DNA of 63,389 nt, counting the filler, from Conidiobolus incongruus B7586 (Eukaryota): NCBI GenBank assembly GCA_000697335.1. It is 10 parts of 10 records of this genome, joined end to end, with 100 filler letters (N's around TTAATTAATTAA, not from the genome) between each part and the next. Parts side by side here need not be neighbours in the genome. Positions count along the whole stretch, not along the records: positions 7,997 to 15,133 come from JNEM01000243.1; positions 15,234 to 24,896 come from JNEM01000244.1; positions 24,997 to 32,219 come from JNEM01000245.1; 7 more parts are not named here. One strand, written 5' to 3'. Shown in pieces: positions 14,501-25,395 of the stretch. Position numbers and translations under genes: made by a program. Position 1 is the stretch's first letter, and the number at the start of each line of letters is the position of its first letter. The notes below the pieces were generated by a model. That model did not search any database, was not told where the DNA came from, and worked only from the letters and a program-made list of their open reading frames with translations.

Positions 14501-14959
14501 TGTTAATAATGAGTTGTTTCTTGGTGTTAAAGATTTAAGTAAAGTTTGAATGTTATGCTTATTGGATAGATTAAAAGATAGTGACAAGTATTAATAAAAT
14601 AGATTAATTATAAAACACAAATGTCTATAATGTTTCTAACTAAAAATTACAAAGATTTGCTATTATCTTAGTTTTTAACATAATCACTAGTTATTAAATA
14701 ATAACTTAAAGATTCAAATAATCTAATAAATTTAAGATAGAAAAAAATTTCTTTATTAAAATAGTTATTACTAAAATTATATATCTATGGTAATTTATAG
14801 ATAATAACTCACTTTCTAAAAGGTTAAAGTTCATCAATATTAAAATAACAACTATAGATGACAAATGAAGCTTTTTTGTATATAAGTAAATTAAAAGGGA
14901 TATCAATATCCAATAACATTATAGAAATAGCTTAACTATTAAAATACTTGCTGTTAATA
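14501..14959 (-). repeat. 5' LTR of the gypsy element
   Basis: Starts TGTTAATAATGAGTT and has the same 459-bp length as 8274-8732. The expected terminal CA reads TA. Confidence 0.9.
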
Positions 14960-15589
14960 TTTACTCTAATATTAATTTTGACTATAATAAATTAAATATT
15001 ATAAATTAAAAAATATTATATAATTTATAAAATAAGAAATATTTTAATATCTAATTTTTCAAATTTATTATCACTTTGAAATAAAATAAATATAAACAAA
15101 GTAAATAGGAATATAAAAAGATTTGAAATATAANNNNNNNNNNNNNNNNNNNNNNNNNNNNNNNNNNNNNNNNNNNNTTAATTAATTAANNNNNNNNNNN
15201 NNNNNNNNNNNNNNNNNNNNNNNNNNNNNNNNNTATTAAAGTTTAAACTTGATTAATAAAAATATAAATTAGGTATCTTATAATTTAATTAAAATTTAAA
15301 CAAAAGTTAGGGTAATTATTATTAAATAAAGCTTACTTAAATCTTATTATTAACTTAAGTGTTTATAACAAATAATTATAATTTATAAATCTTAAATCCT
15401 CTTATATAATTCTTTATCAAAATTTAAATCAAAAGACTAATTTAAAATCAAATAACCTATTTTACAATTTTATTGAATTAAATATTTTATTAATAAGGAA
15501 ATATCAATTATTATGATTTATTTAATAATAGATCCTATTTTTATTTAATTTTTGAAAAAAAAGTTAAAAATTAATTTTATATTACTTTT

Positions 15590-16020
15590 TTTAGATATAA
15601 CTATTTTTAATTGGTATTTTGAATATAATCTAAGTAAACTTATTATTTTATATAATATTTGCAAAATATATAAATTTAAAGCTATTAAAAATTTTTAATT
15701 AAAAATAACTAGAAAAAAACTACCATATCTAATATATTTCTTAGATAATAAGTTATTTGACTATAATAGCTTTAAATAATTAAAAAATCAATTTACAAAA
15801 AAGAAAATTTCTATTAAAAATTTAATTAATTTATAAAATATTAAATTTCAGTTTGTAATAAGAAAAACTATTTTTTAGGTATTAGAAACTTATTAAAAAT
15901 ATGCAAAAAATTAATTAATAGTAAAAGGAACTATTAATTTATTATTATTATTTTTATATATTATATAACAAGATATTAATTTAGTCTTAATTACTAAAAA
16001 CTCCTATTATTTAAAATATA
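15590..16020 (+). repeat. Copy of dispersed AT-rich repeat (putative long terminal inverted repeat)
   Basis: Core AAAATAACTAGAAAAAAACTACCATATCTAAT and terminal CCTATTATTTAAA are shared with other copies in the window. Boundaries are approximate. Confidence 0.75.
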
Positions 16021-19000
16021 AATATCATTTTGAGTTAAAATATAATCGAATTTTAAAATTAATATAAAAGGCCTAACAAAATAATTATTATTTGTATTGA
16101 TATATAAATAGTATATTTGGATATAATTACTTTAATAACTTATGCAAATGAATAAATATAAAATTTTAGCATTTTCCATTTTGTAATATTTCAACATAAT
16201 TATATTATAAAGAGAACATATAACTAAATATTACAATATTATTTTGATCTTATTGGTTAATCATCTATCATTACAATTAAATTCAATAATTAATTCGTAA
16301 TTCAATTGATTGACTAGTTTTTTTGAATTATTATTTATCAGATTTTTCATAATCAAAGTTGAACAGCCGATATATTGATAAAGATTGTTAAAATAGAGTT
16401 TTATTAAAATCTATCAATATTATCAAAATTTAGATATTAATTTTAATGCTGTAAACACTGACTAATTGTTTTCATACCACTAATTCATTTGATAATTGAA
16501 ATATATATAACAATTACCTACATTAACCTAAGTAACAACATATCAATGTATATTAAATTGAAGGTTAAATACTAATCACTCATGTAAGTTGATACCCTCG
16601 GAAAACACTTAAAATTAATTCCACCATACACTTTATATTTATGTAAATGTATAAAACAATAATATAACTTACACTGATGTATTATGATTTCATAATGCGA
16701 AATTCCAAAATAAATTTTGTAACAATTTAAATATTCTTCTGTACATTTCCCCCTACAAGGTATCCCAAGGGAGGCACATTGCTCAATAACTATAATATTC
16801 TGTAGTCTACCTCATATATCACTCTTGCTGCCCTTATAACCAATGTTCAATAGAGCTGTTATGCTGAGTCCTAACAATATATTTTTTGGATTACCAAATT
16901 GATATTTGATATAAAATCATATTTTTCCAAATATTTTGAATTATATTCATTGCAATAATTATATACCGTTTCCATTGAAAGCTCTTAAACAATTTCAGAT
17001 ATTTTCATTAGTGTATTGAAAATTGAATTTTAAAAGTTTCAATTATTATAACCAGTGGATGTTTTTTATTGATAATTAAATATTAGATATTTTTATATTT
17101 ATAATAAAAATAGATAGCATAAATCTAAACCCATTTGAAATATTTGATTCTATACGTATAACATCGATTTCAAAAGAATATATCTTTGAATATCAGAGTC
17201 CAAAATGATTACATACGTCGTGGTCGTAACTTTCATTATCGACCTGATTCCCCATTTCAACAGTTCCACCTTAATTGGAATCCTGTACACTAAGCAGAAG
17301 TCCTAGCTGATCAGAACACTACGTGAACACCACCTCGACCAGCTTCGTATGAACAGCTGTAGCCCACGATCGCTAGCTACACTCCTAATCACTACTCTCA
17401 TCATCTTCAACTCAAAATCCCCTTTAGGTTCCCTATTTCAAACGAAAAACATTATAATTTAAATATAATTTGATTCTATAAATTAATACTTTAACCAATC
17501 GACTCATTCTGATTGATTTACATGACCCAGCGCCTCTAGAGTTGAATACTTGAAATCTTACTGGCCATCAAGCTAGTTGAAAATTTCTCCCAAATTGTAG
17601 CGTACTGATTCAACTTCTAGCGATGCTCCTGCTTCGTTGAGTTGTGTACACTAAACTTTTCTATTTTCTGCTTAATGCAATATATAAATTTGTATTACCT
17701 ATATCATAAATACAATGCATTGGTATAGCCTAAAGAAATATTTTTATTGGATGAAAATTTATTGTGAAATTTGATTTATAATAACAATTTGAGTCTGATG
17801 ACTAATGAGAGTAAAGATATATTTAATTAAACTGGATATCGTTACAAATTATTGGAATTTTAATCCTATTTATATAGATCAAGTTATATAATGCCTTTTA
17901 ATGATAGTGATTATTGTATATCAACATCGCTCCTAATAGTTTAGTATTATTTTTTAAAACTTGGCCACTAATTCGAAATTTATATCAGTTATTTATATAA
18001 CATAATTAGTATGATAAATTTGATAATATATGCGATATTCATTTATAATAGTGTTGTATTTCAAAAATACCCGTGGGTCTCGATTCAAAAATTAAGTTTA
18101 TATTACACCTCATTTTTAGTGGTTCTGTTAGTCCATAATCAAATGATCTTCTGTAGATCCTTTTATTGGAATTAAACCAATCCTTATGTCTATCACTGAA
18201 TGAATTATTTTAACCCAGAAGTGACAAGAATAGAGAAGAAGTTTTTTCTGGATATTTTGCTATGATGTCTCAATGGTAAGTTTTAATAAATATAATCCCA
18301 ATATATTAAAGAGCAGGATTAATAAATAATTTACTAAACATGTTAGGAGTACTTTTCTAATAGTGATCTTTATTTGCAAAACTTATTACAAAGTATAATA
18401 ATATAAATAAATTTTGAAAATATTTGTATAAAAAAATTAAAAATTTGATGAAAATTATAAACTATTGAAAATTAATCTTTAGCGAGAGTTGTTTTATTAT
18501 TATTGAATAATATTGCAAAAAATTAATTTTTGGTTTGAATTCCAGATATAAGCATAGTATAATTGTTGTTTGTTATATCTCAGAATTCTTAATATTATAT
18601 TTATTTTTTAAAATATAAACAAATTATAAATTTTAATTTATTTTATTTAGTTTGATAAGATAAACATTAATTCAATATTTTTCAATATATAATATTATTT
18701 GGATCAATTGATTTTTTATATTTATTTATATTAAATTTACCAAAATTATTAAATAAAGGATTAATTTGAAGGATATAATTAATTACATATTTAATTTTAT
18801 TAATTATTTTTGTTTTAATTCTTAGGTATAAAAATTATATTAATAATTGCTATATATTAATTATATTATATTTTGATGATAAAAATTCAAACTTTTATTT
18901 AATATTTTTTTAGATTAATATATAAGTAATTTGTTTTATATTTTTTTTATAATTTTATAATTTATATTAAAATTTAAATGATATTAATAAAATTATAAAT

Positions 19001-20271
19001 AAGTAAATAATAAATCAAATTATATAAATATTATATTTAAATAATTATGGATAAAATTTTGAATATTCTTTAAACTATCTATATATCATCTTTCTGATAA
19101 TTCAAAAATATAAAAAATTATAATAGTTATATATTTAAAATTTTATTTTAATTTCAATTATTTAAAAATTTTACTTATAATTATTTTATAAATTATATAA
19201 AATTAAACATATTTTATGCAATTATTTATAATAATATATATTGAAATTTTATAAAACAATAATATTATTGAAATATTAATTGATTTTAAAATAAATTAAT
19301 TTTTTTACCATATGATTTAAAATTTTGGTTATTAAGGATTAAATCTAATTCAAAACATATATTCAAATTATTATAATATTTTAATATTTAAAAATTTTAC
19401 TTATATTATAATATCGAATATTTAATTATATTTTAAATATATAATTTAAATTTCTTTAACTTATTTCAAATTTGAAATATATATTTTGAAATGAATTTTG
19501 ATTAATTTATTCTTATATTGTGTTTTTTAACCTAGTTTTGTAAATAAAAATTATTATTAAAAAACATTTAAGAATGATGTAATAGTTTATTTATTAATTT
19601 TGCCTTTTAAGATATTAGGCTTATATATCTTAAATTTTTCTTATTATTAAGATATTATAACAAAGTAGCTAGAAAAATTAGAATTTTTTTTATTTTTATT
19701 ATTTTCAAATTTAAATAATTTATTCAATAAGTGAAATAAGATTTAAATAAACTTTAATTAAAACAACTAAAAAACATGATTTGATTATCAACCAAGAAAT
19801 TTAATATAAATAAGAGGAAATATAAATTTAACTATTCAATTGAGATAGACAAATATTTCTGAAATATAATACCTATAAAATTATCAATATTTTTTTTAGA
19901 TTTTAATTTAATAATTTTATAAAACAAAATAATTTTATAAATTATTATTTTTATATTATATCAAATCAAATTTGATAAAATATTTTATATTAAATTAATT
20001 ATATTAATAAATGAAATATTTTTTATAAATATAATATTAAATTATTTTTGATTTTTGAAATTTATCTAATGATATAATGTATTCCAATGGAATATATTGT
20101 ATAAACAAGTAATTTCAAGGATAAGTAACTTAGTTTATTCTTTGATTTCTTATTTTGACTCTATTTTTTATTGAGTAGAATATGAGGTATATATATAATA
20201 AATTCTGATGCATGCAAATATAAGGCATTTTAAAACCAAGGTTAATTTGTAATAAAATTCTAATTTGATAA

Positions 20272-20899
20272 TTAATAATTTGTTTGAGTTGATTCAATTC
20301 TAGTTATCGAATCGATTTCCTTACAATTGATCAAATCCATAGATTTTTCGCCTGTCACATGCTCGGCAAAGCTGGCGAGGATCAAATTAGTTAGCTCACT
20401 AATTTCGGGGGCAGAAAGCAAGTCTAAGGTGAATCGGGCGAGCCGAGGCGCACATATGCATAGCTGGGTAGCGAGCATGGAGGTCAAGCTTAGGGAATAT
20501 GTTACTGCACGTGATTCAACAGTATATTCTGACCAGATTTCATTTTGACAAAGTTAGGTAAATAAAATTGGCAAATTAACTGGAAATAAATTCGTTTGTG
20601 ATAATGATTTTATCGAAATTTTAATTTAGAATCGTAGCTGGGGAACTAAACCTTGGTGGAGTGTCCAACCAACCAACAAGTTCAATAGTGAGAGCCTTCT
20701 CTCTATTATCGCAAACCATGGTCTCACTGATGATTACATCATAATGGGACTCACAATATGGGCCCATGAAGGGTATGATTTCCAATCCTCTTTGTCAACC
20801 GGTTTTGGCGAGTGTTTCTTACCAATCTGGAGTATTCCAACGGGTTACTAAGTAAACGACCTTGACAACCTCATTCACTTTCACAATTCATTCAATCAT
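20272..20899 (-). pseudogene. Decayed two-exon gene, possibly ITPK1-like ATP-grasp protein
   Basis: GC-richer island. ATG at 20899 gives MIE*IVKVNEVVKVVYLVTRW..W*ETLAKTG*QRGLEIIPF..YDVIISE..WLDTPP. An AT-rich intron-like stretch ends TTTCCAG (20580), then NLPILFT*LC..ICAPRLA..LILASFAEH. All four stops revert by one T-to-C change. Confidence 0.5.
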
Positions 20900-21262
20900 T
20901 TTATAAATGAATATTTAAAATATATTATTTAATCTGAAATTTATACTTTCAATAGTATTGAATTGAATTATATAAATAATCATATCTTATATCTATGTGG
21001 TAAAATATTCTATAAAATATGTACTAATTTTTATATTGTTTATCCTATAAATCTGTTGATGTTCTTATTAAATATGAGATATATTATTATAAAAGAAATT
21101 AATTTTAATATTTAAATATTGTGTTACCAAATTAAATAAAAAAAATTTTTTTATCCAATTGTAATTCATCCGAAATAATTTTTTAAATTAGTATATAAAG
21201 GACAAACTACAATTAAAAAAACAATTTTTTTTATAAATATTTTATCAAATTAAAAAAAATAA

Positions 21263-22720
21263 ATGATTAAATTAGTCATATTACGTTTTTTTCTTATATT
21301 TGGATTTTTGAATATTTGTTTTGCTGAGTTAACTCCTAAATTTCTAAGTGGGTTTCGTTATTACACGAATTTCAATGACAAGGCATGCAAGTTGGATTAT
21401 AGTGAAATGCAAAAAACTAAAGTAAAACAAGCTTTTTTGCATGCTTGGAATGGATACAAAACTTATGCCTGGGGAAAAGATGAATTACGACCACTAACCA
21501 ATTCTTCCAATGAGCGATTCCAGAATTGGGGTGCTACTTTAGTGGATAGTTTGACAACTTTATGGATCATGGAATTGAAGAAGGAATTTTACGAAGCTGT
21601 TAAAGAAGTCGAAAAAATTGATTTTACTAAAGCTCATGGCAGTATTAATTTTTTTGAAACTACCATCAGGTACCTAGGTGGTTTGATCAGTGCTTATGAT
21701 TTATCTAATGAAAAGGTTCTCCTGGAGAAAGCAATCATTTTAGGAGATCATCTAATGCTTGCATTCAACACTCGAAATGGATTCCCATCTAATCAACTTG
21801 ATTCTCAATTTAGACCACAGTACAATACGCCATGTTTAGCTGAAGTTGGTACTGTTCAACTTGAATTCACTCGTCTTTCTCAAATTACAGGGAATCAGAA
21901 ATATGCCAAAGTTTCACAAAACGTTTATTTTAAACTACGCAATATGAAGAAGGATCACAAAGGACTATATCCATTAAAGGTAGACTTATATAGTAATGAT
22001 TTCTTGACACGGTCTGTGTCATTTGGTGCGCTAGGCGATAGTTTTTATGAATATCTCATCAAGCTTTATGCATTGACTGGTAAAAAAGAAAAAACATTTA
22101 AACAGATGTATAAAGAATCCGTGAAAGGATTAGTAACTCTTACTCGAACTGACTATAACGGACATAAGTATCTGGGAGAATTAGATGAAAGGGGCAGTTT
22201 TAAGCCAGTTATGGATCATTTATCATTATTCGTTCCTGGTATGTTGCAATATGGCGATTATATAATTGGGCAGAAAAGCCATTCCAAGCTAGCATTAGAA
22301 TTGGTTGAGACAGGATTTTTACTATATAATACATCATCTACTGGGCTAGGTCCTGAAAAAGCAGAATTTTATAACAACAAACCATTCGAGAGAATCCTTT
22401 TTCAAAATTATTTAAGACCAGAGTTGATTGAATCACTATATTATAGCTATCGGTTTACTAAAGATGAAAAATATAGAAATTATGGATGGCAAATATTTCA
22501 AGCATTTGAAAAATATAGCAAAACTCCTAGTGGTTACGCTAAATATGCAAATGTAGATAGTATTGATAAATCTAGAAATCAAGAAGATGTCATGGAGAGC
22601 TTTTTCTTCTCTGAAACATTGAAATACTTGTATTTACTCTTTTGTGAACCAGACAAAATTGATTTAACCAAGTGGGTCTTTACTACTGAAGGACATCCTC
22701 TAAAAATCCAAAAATATTAG
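21263..22720 (+). CDS. Glycoside hydrolase family 47 class I alpha-1,2-mannosidase, intronless
   Basis: 485-aa ORF with a hydrophobic N-terminus and GH47 motifs AWGKDELRP, FETTIRYLGGLISAY, GALGDSFYEYLIK, LRPELIES, MESFFFSETLKYLYLLF and FTTEGHP. TATATAAAG lies about 70 nt upstream. Confidence 0.96.
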   Translation: MIKLVILRFFLIFGFLNICFAELTPKFLSGFRYYTNFNDKACKLDYSEMQKTKVKQAFLHAWNGYKTYAWGKDELRPLTNSSNERFQNWGATLVDSLTTLWIMELKKEFYEAVKEVEKIDFTKAHGSINFFETTIRYLGGLISAYDLSNEKVLLEKAIILGDHLMLAFNTRNGFPSNQLDSQFRPQYNTPCLAEVGTVQLEFTRLSQITGNQKYAKVSQNVYFKLRNMKKDHKGLYPLKVDLYSNDFLTRSVSFGALGDSFYEYLIKLYALTGKKEKTFKQMYKESVKGLVTLTRTDYNGHKYLGELDERGSFKPVMDHLSLFVPGMLQYGDYIIGQKSHSKLALELVETGFLLYNTSSTGLGPEKAEFYNNKPFERILFQNYLRPELIESLYYSYRFTKDEKYRNYGWQIFQAFEKYSKTPSGYAKYANVDSIDKSRNQEDVMESFFFSETLKYLYLLFCEPDKIDLTKWVFTTEGHPLKIQKY

Positions 22721-24996
22721 TGATGATCTTTATGTTGATAATATATTGAGTTAGATATATTTAATAGATATAATAAAAACTCAATTCCTTAATTCCATAA
22801 ATACACTACATCTCTTCAAAATAAAAATGAAATTTACTTATATAATACTATAGACTCAATATTATAGCCCTAATCTAAAATAATATAAACTTTACTTAAT
22901 AGTGAATTATAAATATGATTATATAATTAATATAAGAGTTTCTATCATTAATCATTAACCTTTATTAGTGAAAATGTTTTATACTAATGTAATATTTAAA
23001 GAATATATTTAACATCTCTCATCAATAAACTATGGAACATCAAAGTGCATGAGATAGTATTGAATTATAAAGTCCATCTGCTGATTTTATTTTATAATAA
23101 GGCAAAATACAAATAAGAGATATATTTCTAATGATGTTTAATTGGATATTTCCATGATATTAATTTAAATTCATCATATTATCTACAGTAGATTTCCATC
23201 ATTCAATCCGTATAAATATCAATGATTAGATGTCAAGATGAATGATTGAAAAAAGGATAAACTCGAATATCAATACTTGTACAAAGCGTCAAATAAATAT
23301 AAAAATTCCAGTCTAATTTGGCGTCAATGAACTTTATGTTTATCTATTCAATACATATTGAATTCAATTGTTATGAAAGTATTTTTTTACATTTATGCAA
23401 CTATCTAAATTGAAAATTTTAGATTATTAAAACATTTAACCTAAACATGATAATTAATATTTATTTTTATATAATTTTTAATCAATTTAGAAAATTTTAA
23501 CTCCGATTATATTTTTAGATTTTTCTCTTTGCCAAGCATAGACAATTAATGTTACTGGATAAAAACACAGTTTACTAAATACTCCAAGTTATAATATAAA
23601 TTGAAAATCAATTTCTTTCCACTAAAACTCAAATATTACAAGAAATAAAACTCCAGAAATATTTACAAAATTAGTTTAATCAGACAAATTATTAAATTGA
23701 TAATTTTTAGCAGGAACAAATCAACTCTGTGAATTGGATGTTATTAAAATAAAAATCAACAGAAAAATCATATATAAGTTATATTTCAAGTATTGTATCA
23801 AATTATTTTTCTATCATTGGTTAAAAAATTTTCATAAAATGTTGTAATTTTTGTTTTTCAAATTTAAATAAACTAACACTTAACAAGCTGTAATAATAAA
23901 AGTCAAGGTATTATATTAAATATCGGCGGCTTTATAATTAAAATATTCAATTGAATACGTTCAAATTTTTTGTTTAGATTCTATATATAATTAAATTCAT
24001 ACCTTTGTCCAAAATAATCTTGCAACATAGATCTAAAATATAAATTTATTCACAAACGGCCCTATTACTGTACTGGTCTAAAATCTGTTTAAACTAATAT
24101 GTATAATTAAATATTATAAATCAAAATATCATATAAAAATATCAATGATATATGAAATTTTTTGAATTGAAATGTTTAAATCCAATACAAACATTTAATT
24201 TTGAAAACTAATAATATATATATTGATTGCTCTAGATTTTTAGTAATATTGTTTTTTTTTAAAATTGATTTTGAATAAATTAGTAATATAATATTTACTT
24301 AATATAAAATTTAAAATCTATACTCCTTTTTATTATTAATAAATTATTGGTTTTCTTTTAGGAAACTTGTAATATTGAAATAGCAATCCTTTTTGTTAAA
24401 GACTAAATTTAATATTTAAAAATTAATTAAATTTTTGTGGATTTTTTCTATGCACAATTATAATTATTTTGATTGATTAAAGATCATACTAATAAGTTAT
24501 AATTTTTTAACATATAAAAATTATTAACTGTGTGCGTTTATTTTACTAACAAAGTGTATTATAACTTTAATATTTTATATTTTACGATTTTTTATAGATT
24601 TATAAATATGATAAATTTATAATAAAACACTATTTAAATATTATCTCAATTAAATAAAATAAGATTTTTTAATAAACAATTTGATCATATAGTATTATAA
24701 TCTATTTTATCAATTAATATGTATTCACAAAACATACTCTTATTAATTGAATTTTATAAAAGAAATTATATTAGCCAAATTTGTTGTTATATTTAGTATT
24801 GATTTTAATATAAGTTTGGATAGAAGAATTAATAATTCAATAATTATAATAATATAATATAAAATTATAACTTATAATTTTATTTTGATAGATTTTNNNN
24901 NNNNNNNNNNNNNNNNNNNNNNNNNNNNNNNNNNNNNNNNTTAATTAATTAANNNNNNNNNNNNNNNNNNNNNNNNNNNNNNNNNNNNNNNNNNNN

Positions 24997-25395
24997 AAAA
25001 AATCTATTATTTTATATAATAATTTATAAAATATATAAATCTAAAATTATATAATATATTCTGATTAAAAATAACTTAAATAAACAACCATATCTAATAT
25101 ACTTTTTTGATTATAACTTATGTAATTATAATTGGTTTAGGTAATTAAAAAATCAGCTTATAGGAATAAAGTTTTTATAAAAATATTTAATTAATTTATA
25201 AAATATCAAATTTCAGTCTTTAATAAAAAGAATTATTTTTTTAAATTTTAAAAATTTATTAAAAATATGACAAAAAGCTATTAAAATAAAAAAAACTGTT
25301 AAATTTATATTATATTATAATTTATATAAATTTTATATCAAAATAGTTTTTTTTAATTGCCTAAAATTTTCCATTATTTAAATTAAAGATAATAT
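24997..25395 (+). repeat. Copy of dispersed AT-rich repeat
   Basis: Same core (AACCATATCTAATATAC..AAATTTCAGTC..CCATTATTTAAATT), directly after a gap. Confidence 0.75.

Larger units (their letters stand above)
8274..14959 (-). mobile_element. Full-length degenerate Ty3/gypsy LTR retrotransposon
   Basis: Two 459-bp direct repeats flank decayed minus-strand motifs in gypsy order: protease FINYRASINIIS (~12070, from IDCGAS), RT IYLNDIFI (11031-11042, from YLDD) and KTTF, RNase H IVTD (~10600), integrase VVTNNS and YYP*TNSKIEKFNQTL (~9480-9620). TTTA on both flanks (8270-8273 and 14960-14963) may be a target-site duplication. Confidence 0.92.

Noticed and set aside
11460..14906. ORFs 11460-11720 and 14706-14906
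   Set aside because: Chance open frames within the decayed gypsy body and LTR.
16745..16880. Short GC hairpin suggesting an H/ACA snoRNA
   Set aside because: ACA spacing and the second hairpin do not fit.
20589..20606. AATTC(G/A)TTTGTGATAATG shared with about 31619-31636
   Set aside because: Flanks do not align; plausible by chance in AT-rich DNA.
20345..20870. Large structured ncRNA (telomerase, RNase P/MRP, U17 or group I intron) suggested by nested 7-12 bp stems
   Set aside because: Stems of this length are roughly expected by chance in 520 nt, diagnostic motifs are absent or misordered, and a decayed minus-strand gene explains the island better. A cmscan or z-score test could revive it.
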